64,000 bases of DNA from Candidatus Bilamarchaeaceae archaeon (GTDB taxonomy: Archaea > Micrarchaeota > Micrarchaeia > Anstonellales > Bilamarchaeaceae). This document shows, one piece after another, positions 46,014 to 54,976 of the stretch. The DNA is taken from the NCBI GenBank assembly GCA_038870635.1, contig JAVZJR010000002.1:76929-140928 (forward strand), in the 5' to 3' direction. The notes below the pieces were generated by a model, which saw only the letters and a list, made by a program, of their open reading frames with translations, did no database searches and was not told the origin of the DNA. Numbering within the stretch: position 1 is the first letter of the stretch; each line of letters begins with the position of its first letter. Position numbers and translations under genes: made by a program.

Positions 46014-48040
46014 CAAATTTTTCCTTTTTTTAATTTTGTTTTTAGTGGCAACCCACTAACAAATATTGTTTTTCCATCAGCAACTGCGGTGTGGTCTATA
46101 ACTTCGAGCTTCAATGATGAAAATTCTTTTATATTTATCTCTTTTTTTTGCTTTTCCATACTTCCTTCTGTTTTTGCTTTGTCTCCGACTTTCCACTCAT
46201 CGCTTGATAGCACTTCCACTTCATTTTCGTCTTCAACCGCTAAGACCATTCCTTGTGATTGTACCCCCCTAATGTTGGCGGGTGCAAGATTTTTAAGCAC
46301 AAGTACTTTTTTCCCTATCAATTGATCTTCTGTATAATGTCCTACAAGACCAGAAACTATTTGTCTTTCTCCATCACTTAACACTATCTTTTCTATGAAT
46401 AGTTTTTCTGCATTTGGATGTTTTTTTACTTCTTTTATCTTACCAACTTCTATATCTAAATCTTCAAATGTTATTTTCTGTTTTTGCTCTTTTTCTTTTG
46501 GCACAGTATCTTTAATCTCTATTTTTTTGAATAGTAGTTCTGGCTTTCCTATTTTATGCCCCTCTAAAAGTGAGAGTTTTCCTATTTCTTCCCATTTTTG
46601 TGGCTCAATATTCAGTTGTTTAAAGATTGAGGCGCCCGTTTGTGGAAGGTATGGTTGAAGCATTATAGCTAAATCTTTTACCTGGTGCGCTAAAACATAC
46701 ATTACTGTTGCTGCCCGTGTTTTGTCTTCTTTTATTTTCTTCCATGGTTCGTTGTCTTGGAAGTACTTGTTTGCATTTTTTGAATATGTCATTATTGCGT
46801 CTATCCCTTCTTTTATTCTGAGGGAATTAATCAGTTCGGTTATTTTTTCTGTTTGCTTTTTTTGCTTATCTAAGAAATCTTTGTCCTCATTGCTTAAAGT
46901 TGCGTATGGTATCTCGCCGTTAAAGTTGTTTGCTATGAAAACCATAGTCCTATTGACAAGATTTCCTATGTTCGCAACTAATTCGTTGTTGTTTTTTTCT
47001 ATCATAACTCGCTCTGAAAAATCCCCATCATCAAAAGTTGGTACTTCGCTTAAAAGGGCATATCTTATAGGATCAACGCCGTATTTTTCAATTAGTGAAA
47101 ATGGATCTACTATGTTTCCAAGCGTTTTGCTCATTTTTTGTCCATTTACAGTTATGTATCCATGCACAAGAATTGTTTTTGGCAATTCTAAACCAGCAGA
47201 CAGTAATATTGCTGGCCAATAAACCGCGTGGAACCTTAGTATTCCTTTTCCTATTACATGGACATCTGCTGGCCAATATCTTTTGAATTTTTTGTCATCT
47301 ATCCCATAGCCAATTCCTGTTATGTAAGTGCCAAGTGCATCAAACCACACGTACATTATTTGGCTTTCATCGCCTGGCACTGGTACGCCCCACCCCTTTG
47401 CTCTTTTTACTGAGCGGGATACGCTAAAATCTTGTAATCCGCTTTTTATAAACGCAAGCACTTCGTTTTTACGAGTTTCTGGTAGTATTCTTAATTCATC
47501 ACTTTCTATTAGTTGAAGAAGTTTGTCTTGATACTTTGAAAGTCTGAAGAAATAATTTTCCTCTTCTACTATCTCTGGTTTTGTGTTGTGTTCTGGGCAA
47601 ACACCATCTGGTAATTCGCTTTCTTCATAAAATGATTCGCAGCCAACGCAGTAAAGGCCGCGGTACTTTTTTTTGTATATATCACCTGCCTCATCGCATA
47701 ACTTCCATAGTTTTTGTACCCCTGGCCAGTGGCTTTCTTTTAAAGAAGTTCTCTGAAAGTTTGTAAAACTAAGACCTATATCTTCTGCCATTTTTTTAAA
47801 AACTGCAGCGTTTCTTTCGCATAATTCAGCAGGTGTTATTCCCTTTGCTTCTGCTGCATGAACATTCTTAAGGCTGTTCTCGTCTGCTCCAGTTATCAAT
47901 TGTACATCTTTTCCCAGCGTCTTTTGATATCTTGCAATAACGTCTGTTTGCACAAACTCTAAGGCATGACCAAGATGGGGCGCAGCGTTCACATATGGAA
48001 TCGCTGTTGTAAGATAATATTTTTGAACGATTTCAACCAC
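46010..48040 (-). CDS. metG: Methionine--tRNA ligase with C-terminal tRNA-binding (EMAP/Trbp) domain
   Basis: PYVN..PHLGH, YVWFDAL, GKGILRFH, KMSKT; C-terminal HPNAEKL...QIVSG...SQGM. Confidence 0.97.
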   Translation of the reverse strand: MVEIVQKYYLTTAIPYVNAAPHLGHALEFVQTDVIARYQKTLGKDVQLITGADENSLKNVHAAEAKGITPAELCERNAAVFKKMAEDIGLSFTNFQRTSLKESHWPGVQKLWKLCDEAGDIYKKKYRGLYCVGCESFYEESELPDGVCPEHNTKPEIVEEENYFFRLSKYQDKLLQLIESDELRILPETRKNEVLAFIKSGLQDFSVSRSVKRAKGWGVPVPGDESQIMYVWFDALGTYITGIGYGIDDKKFKRYWPADVHVIGKGILRFHAVYWPAILLSAGLELPKTILVHGYITVNGQKMSKTLGNIVDPFSLIEKYGVDPIRYALLSEVPTFDDGDFSERVMIEKNNNELVANIGNLVNRTMVFIANNFNGEIPYATLSNEDKDFLDKQKKQTEKITELINSLRIKEGIDAIMTYSKNANKYFQDNEPWKKIKEDKTRAATVMYVLAHQVKDLAIMLQPYLPQTGASIFKQLNIEPQKWEEIGKLSLLEGHKIGKPELLFKKIEIKDTVPKEKEQKQKITFEDLDIEVGKIKEVKKHPNAEKLFIEKIVLSDGERQIVSGLVGHYTEDQLIGKKVLVLKNLAPANIRGVQSQGMVLAVEDENEVEVLSSDEWKVGDKAKTEGSMEKQKKEINIKEFSSLKLEVIDHTAVADGKTIFVSGLPLKTKLKKGKIC

Positions 48041-48120
48041 CCGCTTTTGTTGTTGATTTTTAGGCTTACGTTTTGTTTTTAAAGTTTGTGTTTTTTATTC
48101 TACTTTAAAAAAGGGGTAAT

Positions 48121-49230
48121 ATGTTAAAAAAAGTTTTTTTATTGTTGGCTCTTTTCTCGTTTACATTTGCTTTAAATTTCACAATAGTTTTTTATTATGG
48201 CGATGGCTGTCCCCATTGCGCAAGAATGGAACCACTTGTCAAGGAGTCCATCAACTCCACCTTTTCTTCTTACAACATAAATCTTGTTGAAAAAGAGGTT
48301 TATAAAAACGCCTATAATAGACAGGAAATGCTAAACCTTTTTGTAAAGTTCGGGGTCGATCCTTCAGAAGGGGGAGTACCAACGACATTGGTGGATGGTC
48401 GTTCTATTATAATAGGGGAAGTAGATAAAAAAAGGTTTGAGGAAATTGTTTTTGCTCATATTCAAAATAAGTCTCTTAATGGTGTTTTTACACAAAAATC
48501 TTTCAGTCCTATAAAAACACTTAATCCAGAGGTAACGTTGACTATTCCTGTGTTGATTGGTGCTGCAGTAATAGATTCCATAAATCCATGCACAATTGCC
48601 ATAATGGTTATGCTACTCAGTGTTGTCTTAGCAGAACAAGGAAGAAAAAAGATGCTTATATCAGCAGCAGTTTTCATATCTACTATTTTTGTATGTTATT
48701 TGGCTTTTGGTTTAGGCTTGCATAGCCTTTTGTCATCATTAGCAAATCCCGTAATAACTAACGCATTTTATATTATTATGACCATAGCGGCATTTATTTT
48801 GGCTTTGATGGAAATAAACGCTTATTTCAATTATTCACCTGGTTTTATTTCAGTAGAAATACCGATGTTTCTAAGGCCCTATGTAAAGGAAGTTATATCG
48901 AAAGCAACATCATTGCCTGCGATTGCAGTCGCAGCATTTTTTTGTTCCTTCTTTTTACTTCCTTGTTCTTCCGGTCCTTACCTTATGGTTTTGAGTATGC
49001 TTGCGAAAGCAGTTACCCTTAATGCTCTTTTATATCTTATAATATACAACATTGTGTTTGTTTTGCCTATGGTGATAATAGCCGGAGCAATATTGATTGG
49101 AAAAACAACAGTGGAACGCGTTGGTGCTGCTCGAGAAAAATACATAAGAGAACTTCATCTCTTCTCTGGTCTCCTTCTTCTTGTGCTGTTCTTTATAATG
49201 CTGTCTCAAGTTATAGGAATTCATCTCTAA
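48121..49230 (+). CDS. Exported CPHC thioredoxin domain fused to CcdA/DsbD-like membrane domain
   Basis: Signal peptide, FYYGDGCPHC, GVPT, DSINPC, LLPCSSGPY, YN..FVLP. Confidence 0.85.
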   Translation: MLKKVFLLLALFSFTFALNFTIVFYYGDGCPHCARMEPLVKESINSTFSSYNINLVEKEVYKNAYNRQEMLNLFVKFGVDPSEGGVPTTLVDGRSIIIGEVDKKRFEEIVFAHIQNKSLNGVFTQKSFSPIKTLNPEVTLTIPVLIGAAVIDSINPCTIAIMVMLLSVVLAEQGRKKMLISAAVFISTIFVCYLAFGLGLHSLLSSLANPVITNAFYIIMTIAAFILALMEINAYFNYSPGFISVEIPMFLRPYVKEVISKATSLPAIAVAAFFCSFFLLPCSSGPYLMVLSMLAKAVTLNALLYLIIYNIVFVLPMVIIAGAILIGKTTVERVGAAREKYIRELHLFSGLLLLVLFFIMLSQVIGIHL

Positions 49231-49331
49231 ATAATCGTTGGAAGAAAACAAAGATTTAAATATTAAACGCAGAATAATTGAAGATGCTAAAAATGCGCCA
49301 TTTTAATGGCTGCGATTTTTGAGGTGTATGA

Positions 49332-49745
49332 ATGGTAACTGCACTTGATGTAGATGCAAATGCACTTATAGGAAAGGTAGCAGAAAAGCTTAAAGGGATG
49401 AACATAAAGAAACCTGAATTCGTAGGAATCGTTAAGAGTGGGGCCCATGCCGAGCGACCGCCAGAACAATCAGACTTTTGGTATATTCGTTGTGCCTCTA
49501 TTTTAAGACAGGCTTATGTTCGTGGGGTTATAGGTACAAATAGGCTTAGAACTCACTACGGAGGAAGAAAAAACAGAGGGGTTAAACCACAAGCACACAG
49601 AAAAGCAGGTGGTTCTACAATAAGAAAGGCAATGCAAGAGCTTGAGAAGGCGGGGTTACTAAAAAAGGAAAAATTTGGTCGTTCACTTTCACCAGCCGGA
49701 AGAAAACTTTTAGATAACGCAGCAAAAGAGGTTGCTAAAAATTGA
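49332..49745 (+). CDS. rps19e: 30S ribosomal protein S19e
   Basis: VKSG.H.ERPP, WYIRCASILR, YGGRK.RG. Confidence 0.97.
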   Translation: MVTALDVDANALIGKVAEKLKGMNIKKPEFVGIVKSGAHAERPPEQSDFWYIRCASILRQAYVRGVIGTNRLRTHYGGRKNRGVKPQAHRKAGGSTIRKAMQELEKAGLLKKEKFGRSLSPAGRKLLDNAAKEVAKN

Positions 49746-49758
49746 AAGTGTGAGGGCA

Positions 49759-50082
49759 ATGTCCTACGAGGGCGACATTAAGGAGGAAGAAGAAATAAAA
49801 AAAAAGAAGATGGCAGAATACAAAAAAAAGCTCGAGGCACAACAAAAAGCTAACGAAGAACTGAAAAAGATGTTAAGACAAGTGCTCGATGACAAAGGCT
49901 ACGAACGTTTGAATAATGTTTCTTTCTCTAACCAACAACTCTATATGATGGCTGCGCAACAGGTTTTGCTTTTTGCGAAACGTGCTGGAAGAAAAATAAC
50001 AGAAGAGGAGGTTTTGTATATATTAAATGCAATAAAAAAGCAAACAGAAAAGGAATCTAAAATAACATTCATCAAAAAATAG
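49759..50082 (+). CDS. PDCD5-like DNA-binding protein
   Basis: LRQVLD...YERL.NV, KIT.EE...IL; conserved position after S19e. Confidence 0.85.
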   Translation: MSYEGDIKEEEEIKKKKMAEYKKKLEAQQKANEELKKMLRQVLDDKGYERLNNVSFSNQQLYMMAAQQVLLFAKRAGRKITEEEVLYILNAIKKQTEKESKITFIKK

Positions 50083-50096
50083 TTTTAGGTGATAAA

Positions 50097-50258
50097 ATGA
50101 GTAAAAAATCATTGCAAAAGAAGAAAAGGCTTGCAAAAGCCGCGAGAAAGAGCAGGGCGTTACCGTCATTCGTTATCTTGAAAACTGCTAGAAAAGTTTC
50201 TTATAATCCCAACAGAAGGGATTGGAGAACGCAAAAATTGAGAATAAAAGAGGAGTGA
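50097..50258 (+). CDS. rpl39e: 50S ribosomal protein L39e
   Basis: Manual translation MSKKSLQKKKRLAKAARKSRALPSFVILKTARKVSYNPNRRDWRTQKLRIKEE; SD AGGTGA. Confidence 0.95.
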   Translation: MSKKSLQKKKRLAKAARKSRALPSFVILKTARKVSYNPNRRDWRTQKLRIKEE

Positions 50259-50262
50259 TATT

Positions 50263-50694
50263 ATGGACAAGTTTGAACGTGTATATAATGTTCCATTAGG
50301 GGATGCTTATTTAACAACGCGCGTAAAAGCAACCCGAAGAGCAGTGAAAATTCTTAAGGAATTTATAAAGAGACACGCTAAAGTAGATGTTGAAAGCGTG
50401 AAGCTAAGTAACAAGCTAAATGCATTTGTTTGGTCACGTGGAAGAAAGAAACCACCTAGACATGTTAAGATAAAGGTTATAAAAGATGGCGGAGTTGCTC
50501 GTGCTTATCTCCATGATGAAAAAATAGAAGAGAAAAAGAAAGAAGAGAAGAAAGCGGAAGAAAAGAAACCAGAAGAAACCAAACAGACAGAAAAAGAAAT
50601 GGTTGAGGGCGAAGTAAAAGAAGAAGTTGCAAAAAAAGAAGTTAAGAAGACTGGTAAGAAGCCAAAGAAGGATGAAAAGAAGAGCGGAGAGTAA
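50263..50694 (+). CDS. rpl31e: 50S ribosomal protein L31e with K/E-rich tail
   Basis: ERVYNVPL, RAVK..KEF..RH, LN..VW.RG.KKPP. Confidence 0.95.
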   Translation: MDKFERVYNVPLGDAYLTTRVKATRRAVKILKEFIKRHAKVDVESVKLSNKLNAFVWSRGRKKPPRHVKIKVIKDGGVARAYLHDEKIEEKKKEEKKAEEKKPEETKQTEKEMVEGEVKEEVAKKEVKKTGKKPKKDEKKSGE

Positions 50695-50695
50695 A

Positions 50696-51370
50696 ATGTC
50701 AATAAGGCAATTTACCTATTATGGCAACAGTTGGATCGGTATGTTCATTAAAGCTAATGATTTATTTACTTTTATTCCTGTGGATTCTTTGGATGTAGTA
50801 GAAAGAACAGTTGCGAAATACTTAAAAACAAAAGTTGTCCGCACCACTGTGGCACAGAGTAATCTTCTTGGTCTCTATATCGCTATAAACAACAATGGTG
50901 TTGTTCTCCCTAATGTTGTAGATGATGCTGAACTTAAGGCTTTTCGTGCAACAGGTCTAAACGTTTATATTTCTGAAGACAAGCATAATGCTCACGGTAA
51001 TAATATAGCAGTTAACAACAAAATAGGGATTATAAATCCAGAAATAAGCCAAGCAGAAAGAAAAAAAATTTCTGATACGCTCGGGGTCGAGCTTATTCCT
51101 ATGTCCATAGCAGGTTATAAAACCGTTGGTAGTAGCTGTATTGTAACTGATCGTGGTTTCTTAGTTCATTATAACACAAGCAACGATGAGTTTAAGCTTT
51201 TAGAAAGTATATTTAAGGTGAAGGGAGCAAAAGGAACCGTGAATACTGGTTCTGGTTTTGTTTCTTATGGTGTAATCACAAACAATAAAGGTTTTGTAGC
51301 AGGTGAAGATACAACTGCTTTTGAACTTGGCCAGCTCGTGAGCGCGATGGATTTTATTGATAATGCTTAG
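50696..51370 (+). CDS. eif6: Translation initiation factor 6 (aIF6)
   Basis: GN..IG.F, S.L.G.Y...NNNG, GTVN.G...V..G...N..G...G..TT..E. Confidence 0.95.
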   Translation: MSIRQFTYYGNSWIGMFIKANDLFTFIPVDSLDVVERTVAKYLKTKVVRTTVAQSNLLGLYIAINNNGVVLPNVVDDAELKAFRATGLNVYISEDKHNAHGNNIAVNNKIGIINPEISQAERKKISDTLGVELIPMSIAGYKTVGSSCIVTDRGFLVHYNTSNDEFKLLESIFKVKGAKGTVNTGSGFVSYGVITNNKGFVAGEDTTAFELGQLVSAMDFIDNA

Positions 51371-51378
51371 GTGGTTTT

Positions 51379-51555
51379 ATGATATTTAGGGTTGAAGGAA
51401 ATTTAAAAATGGGCAAAGAAGAAAGGCCTTTTACTAAAGAAGTAGAGGCTAAAAGTGAAAACGATGCACTAAATAAGGTTTTTGCAGAGTTTGGTTCTAA
51501 AAACGGTTTATTAAGAAGTGCTATTAAGGTAAATAAAGTTACAAAGGTAGGTTAA
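51379..51555 (+). CDS. 50S ribosomal protein LX (L18Ae/eL20)
   Basis: Manual translation MIFRVEGNLKMGKEERPFTKEVEAKSENDALNKVFAEFGSKNGLLRSAIKVNKV; conserved position between aIF6 and prefoldin. Confidence 0.92.
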   Translation: MIFRVEGNLKMGKEERPFTKEVEAKSENDALNKVFAEFGSKNGLLRSAIKVNKVTKVG

Positions 51556-51556
51556 A

Positions 51557-52003
51557 ATGGAAAAGACAGAAGAATTATACGCTCGCTTGGCTTATGAAGT
51601 TCGTATGTATAAAAATCAGTTAAATCTTCTACAGAAGGAAATTGAGAAGCTTACGCTAACTGCAATAGATGCAAACAACGCTGCCCGTACGATAGAGTCA
51701 TTAGAGCAAGGAGACACCATCATACCTATCGGCGGAAATGCTTTTGCAAAAGGTATCATATCTAGTACAAATATTTTGCTTGGTATTGGAAGCGGCTATT
51801 TAATTGAAGTAGATAAAGAGACCGCTACAAAGAAGATGAAACAAAGGGAAGAAGCTACAAAAGAAGCGATGAGTAAGTTATCGCAAGAGTATTCAAGAAT
51901 ATCTGCTAAGTTTGAAGCAGCAAGCCGGCAATTGCAGGAAATAGAGATGCAATTAATGGTAAAGCGTCGTGGAGAAGAAACTACTAGAGAAGACTATCTC
52001 TGA
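51557..52003 (+). CDS. pfdA: Prefoldin alpha subunit
   Basis: IIPIGGNAF.KG...ILLGIGSGY..E. Confidence 0.93.
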   Translation: MEKTEELYARLAYEVRMYKNQLNLLQKEIEKLTLTAIDANNAARTIESLEQGDTIIPIGGNAFAKGIISSTNILLGIGSGYLIEVDKETATKKMKQREEATKEAMSKLSQEYSRISAKFEAASRQLQEIEMQLMVKRRGEETTREDYL

Positions 52004-52042
52004 TTTTTTGCGTGTTTTCTTTTTTGAGGCACGCGTGGTGTT

Positions 52043-53209
52043 ATGTTTGATTTTTTAAAGAAAAAAATATCCAATTTTGTTAATAAGATAACCGGTAAAG
52101 AAGATGATGTAGAGAGCGCACCTCCCTCACAACCTTCCACATCACATCCAACTGAAAAACCTGCTCCTGATTTAGTAAAAGAAAAACCACAAGAAGAAAA
52201 AAAATCTGTTGAACATTTTCAAGAATTTTTAGAAGAGAAAAAAGTTCCTAAAGAAGAAGTCACTAAACCACAAGAGAAAAAAGAAGTTAAAAAAACAGAG
52301 CAAAAAAAGGATAAGATCGCTCCTTCGTTAAGCATGGGCACTGTCATAAAAAGCATAATCAGCAAAGACATCGAGATAAAGAAAGAAGATATCAAGACGA
52401 TGCTTGACTCTTTAGAGCTTGACTTAATAGAAGCAGATGTTGATATTGAAACATCATCAAGAATAATAGCAGATATAGAAAAAAGACTTGTTGGAAAAAA
52501 AGTTGAGAAATCTGTTCTTAATGATTTTATAAAAAAAGAGATAAAGGATGCTTTGGCAGACGCAATGATTACTGGTAAGGAATTTTCTATTCTTGATGAA
52601 GTGAGAAAGGGGCCGCGACCTTTTGTTATTATATTTCTTGGTACGAATGGCTCTGGAAAAACTACCACTATAGCGAAGATTGCAAACCTTTTTCTATCTA
52701 ATAAAATCTCTGTTGTTTTGGCTGCGGCGGATACATTTAGAGCAGCGGCTATAGAACAACTTAAATTCCATGCTGAAAAACTCAACGTGAAATTAATAAG
52801 CAAAGACTATGGGAGTGATCCTGCTTCAGTTGCTTTTGATGCAATAAACTATGCTAAGGCGCACAACATAGATGTTGTTCTTGTTGATACAGCTGGTAGA
52901 CAGGAGACAAATACTAACCTAATGAATGAATTAAAAAAGATAAATCGAGTTATAAAACCAAATTTAAAGATTTATATCGCCGAGAGCATCGGTGGTAGCG
53001 CGATCTTAGAACAGATAAAATCATTTAACAGCGAGGTAGGCATAGACGGTATAATATTAACAAAACTTGATTGCGATGCAAAAGGCGGCACAATACTTTC
53101 AGCAGCAAATGTAACAGGGGTGCCAGTTATTATGATCGGGGATGGGCAAAAATATGAGAACATCAAGAGTTTTAATGCGTATGAAATAGCCAATAGAATA
53201 ATGGAGTAG
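52043..53209 (+). CDS. ftsY: Signal recognition particle receptor FtsY
   Basis: G.NGSGKTT, DTFRAAA.EQL, DTAGR, TKLD.DAKGG. Confidence 0.97.
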   Translation: MFDFLKKKISNFVNKITGKEDDVESAPPSQPSTSHPTEKPAPDLVKEKPQEEKKSVEHFQEFLEEKKVPKEEVTKPQEKKEVKKTEQKKDKIAPSLSMGTVIKSIISKDIEIKKEDIKTMLDSLELDLIEADVDIETSSRIIADIEKRLVGKKVEKSVLNDFIKKEIKDALADAMITGKEFSILDEVRKGPRPFVIIFLGTNGSGKTTTIAKIANLFLSNKISVVLAAADTFRAAAIEQLKFHAEKLNVKLISKDYGSDPASVAFDAINYAKAHNIDVVLVDTAGRQETNTNLMNELKKINRVIKPNLKIYIAESIGGSAILEQIKSFNSEVGIDGIILTKLDCDAKGGTILSAANVTGVPVIMIGDGQKYENIKSFNAYEIANRIME

Positions 53210-53216
53210 TGAGTAA

Positions 53217-53933
53217 ATGCTTATTTTGGTTGGTGTTGGAGTAGCAAATGATATAACTATTAAAGGTTTAGAAGAACTCAAAAAATGTGATGTTGTTTAT
53301 GCTGAGACATATACAAATCCCCTTCTAAAAGATTTTATCACGCTTCTTGAAAAAAGAATTGGTAAAAAAATAATTGAACTCAAGCGCGAGCAAGTCGAAA
53401 GTAGTTTTCTTATTTTAGAATCTATAGATAAAAATGTTGCTCTTGTTGTAAGTGGCGACCCGCTTATTGCCACTACGCATGTTATTTTTGTGGATGAATG
53501 CCGAAAAAGGAATATTCCATTTAAAGTTATTCATAACTCATCTATCTACTCTGTTGCCCCCGCGCGCGCTGGTTTGCAAATTTATCGTTTCGGGAAGAGT
53601 GCGACTCTTGTGAATCCTCGCCCTAATTATAAGCCGACTTCTTCTCTTGATGTTATTCGTGATAATTTAAAACGAGACCTCCATACCTTAGTTCTTCTTG
53701 ATACTGAACCATCTCCTATGAGTGCCAAAGTTGCATTAGAAATGTTATCGGAATTTGAATACGCAGTTGTGCTTTCTAGAGTTTGTTGCGAAGATGAAAA
53801 AATATCTTATGGAAAAATAAAAGATTTGCTCAACAAAATTAGTGATTTAGGTGTTCCACCTTTTACTATTATAATACCTGCAAAACTTCACATAGTAGAA
53901 AAAGAATACCTCGAATGGTTCGAGACAAAATAG
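53217..53933 (+). CDS. dph5: Diphthine synthase
   Basis: GDPLIATTH, GLQIYRFGKS.T, N..R.LHTLVLLD. Confidence 0.94.
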   Translation: MLILVGVGVANDITIKGLEELKKCDVVYAETYTNPLLKDFITLLEKRIGKKIIELKREQVESSFLILESIDKNVALVVSGDPLIATTHVIFVDECRKRNIPFKVIHNSSIYSVAPARAGLQIYRFGKSATLVNPRPNYKPTSSLDVIRDNLKRDLHTLVLLDTEPSPMSAKVALEMLSEFEYAVVLSRVCCEDEKISYGKIKDLLNKISDLGVPPFTIIIPAKLHIVEKEYLEWFETK

Positions 53934-53937
53934 TAGT

Positions 53938-54810
53938 TTAGGCTGGAAGAGGGAGCACTCTTCTTGGCTTTAATTCTTTTACAAATTTTAGTGCTAGTTC
54001 TTTCTTCCTTTCTTTCTTTATCCCAATTCTTTTCATAGCTGCAAGTGCAAGTTGATAGAGTTGTCCTTCAGTCATCTTTTCTTTGAAAACATCTCTTGCA
54101 GCTTGGTTTATCTCAAATGGTGTCGGCATTCCCCAATCAGTTTGAACCACTATCGCAGGCAGTCTTTTTTGGAAAAACATTTCTGCTTGTTTTTCATCGC
54201 TAAAATATTCTTTTTCTTTTCTATCCAATATTTTCCAAGCAGCATAGGTTATTAATTCACCTATGCCTCCTCTAAAAAAAGGTGCGTTTTTTATGATTTC
54301 TCTACTTTTGTCTATTGTGTTAAATAGCCATGCTGGTATTCCTCTTGGTATAATAATTAAATTGTTGAGTAGGCCGAATCTTCTCCACCCCTCTAATCTA
54401 TTTAATGGGCATCGACTATCAGCGTAAATATAAAAGACATGCATTACGGATGGTACATTGCTCATCACTTCCCACCATTTTTCGCTTATTGCAGGCGTCT
54501 TTCGCTTCTCAGCTATTTTTGTTATTACATATATATCCAAATCGCTCGCTAAACTGTTTTCTGTTCCATATACCATTTTACCGTACATAATGATATTTAC
54601 TTCCATCATTTCTATCAATTCGTATACTCCCTTAAACCACATAAGTAATTGTTCATATTTCTTTTTACTTTCTGTTATTTTTTTTAATTTTTCAAATATT
54701 TTTTTCTTTATTTGTAACTCTTCTAATGATGGAGTTTCAAATAGTTCTGGGTTGGGGTAATAAAATGAATTTTGTACAAAATAGTCCAATATTTTTTCAT
54801 CCATTTCCAT
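53938..54810 (-). CDS. Orphan with a pol-beta-like nucleotidyltransferase motif
   Basis: IIMYGKMVYG......SDLDIYVI. Confidence 0.6.
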   Translation of the reverse strand: MEMDEKILDYFVQNSFYYPNPELFETPSLEELQIKKKIFEKLKKITESKKKYEQLLMWFKGVYELIEMMEVNIIMYGKMVYGTENSLASDLDIYVITKIAEKRKTPAISEKWWEVMSNVPSVMHVFYIYADSRCPLNRLEGWRRFGLLNNLIIIPRGIPAWLFNTIDKSREIIKNAPFFRGGIGELITYAAWKILDRKEKEYFSDEKQAEMFFQKRLPAIVVQTDWGMPTPFEINQAARDVFKEKMTEGQLYQLALAAMKRIGIKKERKKELALKFVKELKPRRVLPLPA

Positions 54811-54976
54811 GAATATATTGTGGTAAATAGTGTTTAAAAATATATCTTTTTTTTGTTTGATGGGTAAAAATTATTCTTGTTCATTTTTCTATTAATTAAC
54901 TATCGCTCTACTATTCATTTTCAGCATAAAAACCGAAATTTAAAAATATTTTCAATGATATATTTAATGGATTAAT

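Noticed and set aside
22303..53281. Many 60-190 aa ORFs antisense to or nested in core genes
   Set aside because: Shadow ORFs of strongly supported genes, with Ser/Phe-rich composition typical of reverse-complemented Glu/Lys codons
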